NCBI GenBank assembly: GCA_963828735.1 | Contig: CAWHFW010000005.1 | Span: 1,440,001-1,504,000, forward strand | Direction: 5' to 3' | DNA length: 64,000 nt | From: an uncultured Gemmatimonadales bacterium | GTDB taxonomy: Bacteria > Gemmatimonadota > Gemmatimonadetes > Gemmatimonadales > GWC2-71-9 | Shown: in pieces, positions 57,414 through 64,000 of the stretch | How positions within the stretch are numbered: position 1 is the first letter of the stretch | Layout of the letters: each line of letters starts with the position of its first letter | The notes under the pieces: generated by a model | Database searches by the model: none | What the model was told of the DNA's origin: nothing | The model's input: the letters and a program-made list of their open reading frames with translations, nothing else | Made by a program: the position numbers and the translations under genes

Positions 57414-59681
57414 ATGTCGGACGCCCTGACCGCTTCGACCGATTCCTGCACCATCCCGGTCACCGGGATGACCTGCGCCGCGTGCAGCAGCCGGGTGCAG
57501 CGGACGCTCGAGCGCACGGACGGAGTTTCGTCGGCCAACGTCAACCTCATGACCGGCGCGGCGACGGTCGCCTACGATCCGTCGGTAACATCGCCCGAGC
57601 GCCTGGTCGACACCATTCGCGGTACCGGGTACGGGGCGCAATTGCCGCTGCCGAACGAGTCGAGCGAGGCGCTCCTGGACGCCCAGGACGCCGCGCGCGC
57701 CGAGGAGGTGCGCGATCTGCGCGGCAAGTTCGCGCTCGGCGCGACGGTCGGCCTCGGCATCATGGCGCTCGCCATGACGCCCACCGGCTCGGGCGATATC
57801 GGCCGCTATGCCGCGCTGGCGCTCACGCTGCCGGTGGTCGGCTGGGCGGGACGGCATTTCTACACGCGCGCGTGGGGCGCCTTCCGGCACCACGGCGCCG
57901 ACATGAACACGCTGATCGCTGTCGGCACCGGAACCGCGTTCGTCTTCAGCGCCGTCGTGACGGTGTTCGACGACTGGTTCGCCGCCCACGGGGTCGAGCC
58001 GCACGTGTACTTCGAGGCGGTGGTGTGGATCATCGCGCTCGTGCTGCTCGGGAACCTGCTCGAGGCCCGGGCGAAGGGTCAGACGTCCGGCGCCATCCGT
58101 CGGCTCATCGGCCTGCGTCCGGCGACGGCACGTGTGCTTCGCGACGGGCGAGAGGAGGACGTGCCGCTCGCGACGCTTCGAGTCGGCGACGAGGTGCTGG
58201 TCCGCCCCGGCGAGACTGTGCCCGCCGACGGCACCATCGTCGACGGCGCGAGCAACCTGGACGAGAGCATGCTCACCGGCGAGCCGATGCCGGTGCCGAA
58301 GCGAGTCGGCGACCGGGTGATCGGAGCCACGCTCAACCGGAACGGAGCGTTCCGGTTCCGCGCCGAGCGGGTGGGGAACGCGACCGTGCTTTCGCGGATC
58401 ATCCGTCTCGTGCAACAGGCGCAGGGCAGCAAGGCGCCGATCCAGCGGCTGGCCGATCGCATCTCGGCGGTGTTCGTCCCCGTGGTGCTGTCGATCGCGA
58501 TCCTGACGTTCGTCGTCTGGTTCGACCTTGGGCCCGCGCCGGCCTACTTGCACGCCCTCGTGTCCGCCGTGACCGTGCTCATCATTGCCTGCCCCTGCGC
58601 CATGGGGCTTGCCGTCCCGACGGCGGTGATGGTCGGAACGGGACGCGGCGCCGAGCTCGGGGTGCTCATCAAGGGCGGCGAGCCGCTCGAGCGGAGCCAT
58701 GCCCTCGACACGATCGTCTTCGACAAGACGGGGACGATCACCGAGGGCCATCCCGCGGTACAGGCGGTCGAGCTCGCCCCCGGTAGTGGCGTCGCGAGCG
58801 AGGCGGACCTCCTCGAGCTCGCCGCGGCGGTCGAGCGGCTCAGCGAACATCCGCTGGCCGACGCGATCGTCGCGGAGGCCGAGCAGAGGGAACGGGCCGC
58901 GGGTCGCGCGACCGACTTCGAGAGCCGCACGGGCAAGGGCGTGCTCGGGACGGTGGCCGGGCGCCGGCTCGCAGTCGGCAACCTCGCCCTCATGAGTGAT
59001 CTCGGCGTCGAGGTGGGTGCTCTCGCGGCTCGAGCCGAGGCATTGGCCACGCTGGGATGGACTCCAGTGTACGTTGCCGTGGATGGCGCACTGGCCGGCA
59101 TCGTCGCGATCGCGGACCCGGTGAAACCCACCAGCGGGAAAGCCATCGCCGAGCTGCGTCGCCTTGGCCTCGAGTCGATCATGCTCACCGGCGACAGCCT
59201 TCGGACGGCGGAGAGCGTCGCGCGGAGCGTCGGAATCACGCGCGTGCTCGCCGAAGTGGCGCCGGACCGGAAGCTGGATGAGATCGGTCGCCTGCAGGCG
59301 GAAGGCCGCGTGGTCGCCATGGTGGGCGACGGCCTCAACGACGCGCCCGCCCTCGCGCGTGCCGACGTGGGCATCGCGATGGGCACCGGCACCGACGTGG
59401 CCATCGAGGCCGGCGCGGTCACGCTGATGCGCGGCGACCCGCTCGGCGTCGTGACCGCCATCCGCCTGGCCCGGACGGTCATGCGAGTCGTCAAGCAGAA
59501 CCTGTTTTGGGCGTTCGTCTACAACGTGATCGGCATTCCGGTGGCGGCGGGCGTTCTGTATCCGGCGTTCGGTCTCCGCCTCACGCCGGCGATGGCCGCG
59601 GCCGCCATGGCCGTGAGCTCGGTGAGCGTCGTGTCCAACAGCCTGCGGCTTCGCCGCTTCACGCCCGGAGGTGCGTCATGA
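57414..59681 (+). CDS. copA: Cu(I)-translocating P1B-type ATPase
   Basis: GMTCAAC, TGE, IACPCA, DKTGT, SEHPL, GDGLND, YN, MAVSS. Confidence 0.95.
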   Translation: MSDALTASTDSCTIPVTGMTCAACSSRVQRTLERTDGVSSANVNLMTGAATVAYDPSVTSPERLVDTIRGTGYGAQLPLPNESSEALLDAQDAARAEEVRDLRGKFALGATVGLGIMALAMTPTGSGDIGRYAALALTLPVVGWAGRHFYTRAWGAFRHHGADMNTLIAVGTGTAFVFSAVVTVFDDWFAAHGVEPHVYFEAVVWIIALVLLGNLLEARAKGQTSGAIRRLIGLRPATARVLRDGREEDVPLATLRVGDEVLVRPGETVPADGTIVDGASNLDESMLTGEPMPVPKRVGDRVIGATLNRNGAFRFRAERVGNATVLSRIIRLVQQAQGSKAPIQRLADRISAVFVPVVLSIAILTFVVWFDLGPAPAYLHALVSAVTVLIIACPCAMGLAVPTAVMVGTGRGAELGVLIKGGEPLERSHALDTIVFDKTGTITEGHPAVQAVELAPGSGVASEADLLELAAAVERLSEHPLADAIVAEAEQRERAAGRATDFESRTGKGVLGTVAGRRLAVGNLALMSDLGVEVGALAARAEALATLGWTPVYVAVDGALAGIVAIADPVKPTSGKAIAELRRLGLESIMLTGDSLRTAESVARSVGITRVLAEVAPDRKLDEIGRLQAEGRVVAMVGDGLNDAPALARADVGIAMGTGTDVAIEAGAVTLMRGDPLGVVTAIRLARTVMRVVKQNLFWAFVYNVIGIPVAAGVLYPAFGLRLTPAMAAAAMAVSSVSVVSNSLRLRRFTPGGAS

Positions 59682-60013
59682 GTCTGCCCGTCGCCCCTTG
59701 CGCTTGTGGCCGTCCCGGGGATGGGACCCATGCCGTGGCGGTGGATCCCGAGATCAAGCGCGCGGTGCTCACTCGGCTCCGGCGCATCGAAGGCCAGGTG
59801 CGCGGCCTGCAGAAGATGGTCGAGGAGGAGCGGTACTGCGCGGACGTACTCATGCAGGTGTCGTCGGCGCAGGAGGCGCTCCGGGGTGTGAGCCGCTCGC
59901 TCCTGCACAATCACCTGAAGCATTGCGCCGCCGAGGCGATCCGCTCGGAGGATCCCGCGCAGTCGGAGGCGATGTACGAGGAGCTGCTGGACCTCGTGTT
60001 CCGGGCGCGGTAA
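59678..60013 (+). CDS. csoR: CsoR family copper-sensing repressor
   Basis: [25 protein letters not shown] (C-H-C ligands); ATGA overlap with copA. Confidence 0.9.
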   Translation: MSLPVAPCACGRPGDGTHAVAVDPEIKRAVLTRLRRIEGQVRGLQKMVEEERYCADVLMQVSSAQEALRGVSRSLLHNHLKHCAAEAIRSEDPAQSEAMYEELLDLVFRAR

Positions 60014-60033
60014 CGGGCGGGCGGGCGTCCCGG

Positions 60034-61521
60034 CTACACCGCGCCCACCCGCCGCATGTCCCGCTCCACCGTCCGCACCGCTCCCACCACCGTGACCCCG
60101 CCGACGATCACGACAAACGGCAGCAACAGGACCGCTCGGTCGAGCCCGAACCGGTCGCTCAGGGTCCCGACCAGCGGCAGGGCGATCGCGTCGCCGGCGA
60201 GGTGGATGAACAGGAGATACGCGCCCGCCACCGTCGCACTGATCCGGGGTGGGACCACGTCGAAGATCACCGCCGTCATCGGCCCGTTGTACCACGAGAG
60301 ACAGAAGAACGCGACCGCGAAGACCGCCTGAAACAGGTCGGGATCCCGGATGGTGAGCAGCCAGAGCGCCAGAGGCCCTCCGAGGAGCAGGCCGAGCGCG
60401 ACGACGAGGACGCGCGCCGTCTCGAAACGACGCCGCAGCCAGTCCGCCAGAATGCCGCCGAAGAGCGTGCCCGCCGTTCCCGCGATCAGCCCCCACTTCC
60501 CGAGTAACGCTGCCGCTGCCGCCGCGCTCAGCCCAAGCTCCCGCGAGACGAACGTCGGCCCCCAGCCGACGATGCCGTTGAGTCCGAACGAGATCATGGC
60601 GCCGGCCGCGAAGATGTACACCAGGGTGGGCGTGTGCAGCACGGTGCGGCCCGCGCGCACGATGTCGGCGAACGCGCCCTCGATGCCGCCGATGGCCGCC
60701 TCCTCGGCCTGATCGCCGGGCGTCCGGCGCACCCAGCGCAGGATGGTGGCGGCGAGACCCAGGCCGACCGCTCCGCTGAACACGGCCAGGTCCATCTTCG
60801 AGTCGGCGCCGTAGGCCCGGTCCGCCCAGATCGCGGCGACCCCGCCGACGCCGATCCCCGCAAGCAGCGGCCAGAGGTGCCGGAACAGCGGCATCGCTCC
60901 GATCTCGAAATCGCGGAGGAAGGAGCGCACCGTGAGGCGCTCCGGGGCACGCACGGGGTCTTGGAGGCGGGAGACGAGCACGGCGAGGATGAACCCCGGC
61001 ACGCCTACGGTCATGAACGCAACGCGCCAGCCGTACGCGCCCGCGAGATGGCCGCCGAGGAGCAGCCCGATCACGCCGCCGAGCGCGATGCCCGAGGAGA
61101 GAATCCCCATCGCCACCGCGCGGCCGCGGCCCGGGAAGAAATCCGCCACCAGCGACGATGCCGCCGGCCCATAGGCCGCCTCTCCCACGCCGACCAGCGC
61201 CCGGCAGGTGAAGAGGTGCCCGAACGTCTTGACCAGGCCGCTCAGGAAGGTGAAGGCGCTCCACACCGTCACGCCACCCGCGATCACCGCCCGCCGGGAG
61301 CGCAGATCGCTGAGCACTCCGAACGGCAGCGCCGCGACCGAGAAGACGAAGATGTAGGCGGAGCCGAGCCAGCCGAGCTGCGAGTCGCTCAGCGCGAGGT
61401 CACGCTTGATCGGCTCGAACAGCGCGAAGATGACGTTGCGGTCGATGTAGTTGAGGAGATTGATGAGGGCGAGCAACCCGAGGGCGTACCATTTGTACGC
61501 TCGCGACGGTGGCGCGGTCAC
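60034..61521 (-). CDS. MFS transporter (spinster-like)
   Basis: [36 protein letters not shown] start overlaps DHS stop. Confidence 0.9.
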   Translation of the reverse strand: MTAPPSRAYKWYALGLLALINLLNYIDRNVIFALFEPIKRDLALSDSQLGWLGSAYIFVFSVAALPFGVLSDLRSRRAVIAGGVTVWSAFTFLSGLVKTFGHLFTCRALVGVGEAAYGPAASSLVADFFPGRGRAVAMGILSSGIALGGVIGLLLGGHLAGAYGWRVAFMTVGVPGFILAVLVSRLQDPVRAPERLTVRSFLRDFEIGAMPLFRHLWPLLAGIGVGGVAAIWADRAYGADSKMDLAVFSGAVGLGLAATILRWVRRTPGDQAEEAAIGGIEGAFADIVRAGRTVLHTPTLVYIFAAGAMISFGLNGIVGWGPTFVSRELGLSAAAAAALLGKWGLIAGTAGTLFGGILADWLRRRFETARVLVVALGLLLGGPLALWLLTIRDPDLFQAVFAVAFFCLSWYNGPMTAVIFDVVPPRISATVAGAYLLFIHLAGDAIALPLVGTLSDRFGLDRAVLLLPFVVIVGGVTVVGAVRTVERDMRRVGAV

Positions 61522-62693
61522 CGCCGCGCCACCGTCTCGGCTCCCCCGGCACCCGGATGCAGGTGGGACAGCGACTCCTCCGCCCGCTCGTCCCGGAACG
61601 CGAGTGCCGCCCGATACTCCTGGATCAGGCGGTTCATCATCGCCTCTCGACGGCCATACAGCCGCTTGAGCGGGCGGGCCGCACGCTTCTCCCTGGCGTA
61701 GGCCGTGAGCAGTGGAAGTGCGATCGAGTTGTCGCTGTACACCACGACGGTGCCGGGCAGCTGGTCCGGATCGATCTTCCCCCAGCTCACCGCTTCGGCC
61801 GGCGTCGCGCCCGAGAGGCCGCCCGTGTCGGGGCGCGCGTCAGTCATCTGCAGGAAGTAGTCGTGGCCCCGCTCGTCGATGCCCAGGACCTCCTGAATCT
61901 GCGGCTCGGTCTGCAGCATGAAGTTTTTGGGACTCCCACCGCCCACGATCAGCACTCCGCTCTTGCCGCCGGTGCGCTTCGCCTCGAGGACGATGCTGGC
62001 CGTCTCGTTGACGTCCGCGCTCACGTCGAACCGGAGCTGGCTGCCGGCCAGCGCCTGCTCGGCCACGTTCATCCCGATCGAGCTGTCGCCCGGCGAGCTG
62101 GTGTAGAGCGGCACCTCGAGCTCGTGCGCGGCGGCCAGCACCGAGCGCCGGCTCAGGCCGAGCGCCTGTTCCCGCTCGCGCACGTAGCCGCCGAGTAGGT
62201 AGTGGTATTCCGCGGTGCTCATCGCGCGCTGGAACTCCTGGCGGGCCGAGACCTCGCGGATGAACTTGTCCGTCGAGAGCAGCACGTTGTAATCGAAGAA
62301 GATGTCGTAGATCCGGACCACGCCCTTGTCCCGGAGCTCGACGTCGTCCGCGTTGGGCGTCCCGCGGTGCATCGCCAGGCCGAGCGCGAAGTGTGCGTCG
62401 TGGTAGAGATTCGCGCCGGTCGAGATCACCCAGTCGACGAATCCCGACTCCATGAGCGGGATGAGGCAGCTCATGCCGATCCCCGCGGGCGTCATGGCGC
62501 CCGTGAGCGTCATTCCCACCGTGGTGTCGGGCTCCAGCATGCGCTGGGTGAAGAGCTGGCACCCCTCTCGCAGCCGGCCCGCGTTGTACGCGAGGAAGGC
62601 GTTATCGATCAGCGCGGCCACGGTTTCCTTGCCGGAGATCGCGGTCGGCTCGATGCGCTGGCCCCGCAGATATTGGGCTGACGGTCTGGTCAT
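61518..62693 (-). CDS. Deoxyhypusine synthase-like protein (probable homospermidine synthesis)
   Basis: [43 protein letters not shown] (catalytic Lys). Confidence 0.92.
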   Translation of the reverse strand: MTRPSAQYLRGQRIEPTAISGKETVAALIDNAFLAYNAGRLREGCQLFTQRMLEPDTTVGMTLTGAMTPAGIGMSCLIPLMESGFVDWVISTGANLYHDAHFALGLAMHRGTPNADDVELRDKGVVRIYDIFFDYNVLLSTDKFIREVSARQEFQRAMSTAEYHYLLGGYVREREQALGLSRRSVLAAAHELEVPLYTSSPGDSSIGMNVAEQALAGSQLRFDVSADVNETASIVLEAKRTGGKSGVLIVGGGSPKNFMLQTEPQIQEVLGIDERGHDYFLQMTDARPDTGGLSGATPAEAVSWGKIDPDQLPGTVVVYSDNSIALPLLTAYAREKRAARPLKRLYGRREAMMNRLIQEYRAALAFRDERAEESLSHLHPGAGGAETVARR

Positions 62694-62702
62694 GCGATTC
62701 CT

Positions 62703-63479
62703 CTACCGGGGAGGCCGAGCGTGGTCGGCCGTCATGCGGGCGATGTCATCGACCGGCTTCTCGGCGCGCGCCTCGATGACGATGCGCGCGGCCTCCTCGG
62801 GGTCGTCGGTGACGCGGAACAGGAGAAGATCGGTCGGATTGATTTTCCGCTCTTCGGCGACGGTGCGGGTGAGCCAGTCCACGAGCCCCGCCCAGTACGC
62901 GCTGCCGAATAATATCACCGGGAAGTGCTTCACCTTTCCGGTCTGGATCAGGGTGAGCGCCTCGAACAGTTCGTCCAGCGTCCCGTACCCGCCGGGGAAG
63001 ACGATAAAGGCGGTGGCGTACTTCACGAACATCGTCTTGCGAACGAAGAAGAACTTGAAGTTGAGGCTCCGGCTCAGGTACGCATTCGACCCCTGCTCGA
63101 ACGGCAGTTCGATGTTGCAGCCGATCGAGAGGCCGCCGCCCTCCATGGCGCCCTTGTTGGCCGCCTCCATGATGCCCGGTCCGCCGCCCGTGATGACGGG
63201 AATGCCGGCCTTGGCCAGCAGCATGGCCGTCTGGACCGCCTTGACGTAGTGCGGGTCGGCGGCCTGCGTCCGTGCCGATCCGAAGATGGTGACGCCGTCG
63301 CTCACGTCGGCGAGGTTGTCGAAGCCCCAGACGAACTCGCCCATGATCCGCAGGACACGCCACGAGTCGGACTTGAGGAAGAGCTGCTCCGGCCGCTGCG
63401 GGGATGGACTCTCCAGCAGCTGCTCGTCTTCGGTGGGCAGCTTGTTGTCGCTCAGGCGACGGTACGGGCTGTTAGTCAC
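62703..63479 (-). CDS. LOG family (TIGR00730) nucleotide phosphoribohydrolase
   Basis: IFGSAR, ITGGGPGIMEAAN, FFVRKTMF, PGGYGTLDELFE. Confidence 0.92.
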   Translation of the reverse strand: MTNSPYRRLSDNKLPTEDEQLLESPSPQRPEQLFLKSDSWRVLRIMGEFVWGFDNLADVSDGVTIFGSARTQAADPHYVKAVQTAMLLAKAGIPVITGGGPGIMEAANKGAMEGGGLSIGCNIELPFEQGSNAYLSRSLNFKFFFVRKTMFVKYATAFIVFPGGYGTLDELFEALTLIQTGKVKHFPVILFGSAYWAGLVDWLTRTVAEERKINPTDLLLFRVTDDPEEAARIVIEARAEKPVDDIARMTADHARPPR

Positions 63480-64000
63480 GGGTCAGGAGCTCGATGGCGG
63501 CCCGGTGGTCGTCCGGGACGTTGTAGAAGTAGGGAGAGATGCGGACGTGCCCCGGCCGGCTGTCGACCACGATTCCCGCATCGGCCAGGCGGCGTACGTC
63601 GGCCGCGGGATCGGCGCTCGGCAGCATGACGATGCCGGTCCGGTCCTCGGGCCGGGGCGCCACTTTGGGTCGAAGTCCCGCGGCGCGGGCCTCTTCGATC
63701 AGGTCCTCGGTGAGCGCCATCGTTCGCCGGCGGAGGTCCGCGGCGCCCAGCTCCTCGAGCACGTCGAGGCCGCCGAGTTGCGCGTAGACCGGCATGAGTG
63801 CCGGTGTTCCGCCCTCGAGCCGGCGGGCGTCGTCATGCGGCTCGAACGAGCGCGCGTTGAACTGAAACTGGTCCCGGTGCGCGAACCAGCCGGTCGCGCG
63901 GGGAGCGAGCGTCGGCCAGAGCTCCGGGCGCGCGTACATGAACGCGACGCCGGTGCCGCCGATCATCCACTTGAGCCCGCCGCTGCAGTAGAAATCGACG
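63472..64000 (-). CDS. Aminotransferase class V / kynureninase-like PLP enzyme, partial (5' end outside window)
   Basis: VDFYCSGGLKWMIGGTG (PLP Lys), GWFA, RRLEGGTP, RISPYFYN. Confidence 0.88.
   Translation of the reverse strand, partial: VDFYCSGGLKWMIGGTGVAFMYARPELWPTLAPRATGWFAHRDQFQFNARSFEPHDDARRLEGGTPALMPVYAQLGGLDVLEELGAADLRRRTMALTEDLIEEARAAGLRPKVAPRPEDRTGIVMLPSADPAADVRRLADAGIVVDSRPGHVRISPYFYNVPDDHRAAIELLTRD

Noticed and set aside
45800..60013. Metal cluster as a mobile genomic island
   Set aside because: No integrase, transposase, tRNA or flanking direct repeats seen, and composition looks like the rest of the window.

Overview
High-GC (roughly 70% by eye), densely coding bacterial chromosomal segment of about 60 genes. 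The gene inventory (exported HEAT-repeat pair, Big_2+TolB protein, carboxypeptidase-domain TonB receptor, many lipoproteins) suggests Gemmatimonadota; this is an inference. I found no rRNA, tRNA, CRISPR array, integrase or transposase. Housekeeping and metabolic genes include selD, rnhA, glgC, thiolase, hbd, thyX, an EF-G paralog, GH15, a DHS-like gene and LOG. Notable modules: (1) a ~14 kb metal-homeostasis region (46.1-60.0 kb). Two small secreted-type leader ORFs end in the ribosome-arrest motif RAPP, and each carries an anti-Shine-Dalgarno sequence at or just after the RAPP codons that can pair with the SD of the next gene (a TolC/adaptor/CzcA-type RND pump and a TonB-dependent receptor). 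A copZ-cupredoxin-copA-csoR operon follows. (2) A coupled operon of two D-Ala-D-Ala-ligase-like ATP-grasp enzymes, a GNAT and a lysine 2,3-aminomutase-type radical SAM enzyme, preceded by a promoter and a terminator-like leader. (3) A sigma54 module with UAS-like, IHF-like and -24/-12 sites, a pseudo-receiver enhancer-binding protein, two lipoproteins and a TPR protein. (4) A cupredoxin/beta-helix protein coupled to an atypical Tat-exported two-domain multicopper oxidase. (5) A histone-H1-like basic protein. Several genes look leaderless. Start codons were re-picked by eye; all functional calls come from motif recognition, not database searches.
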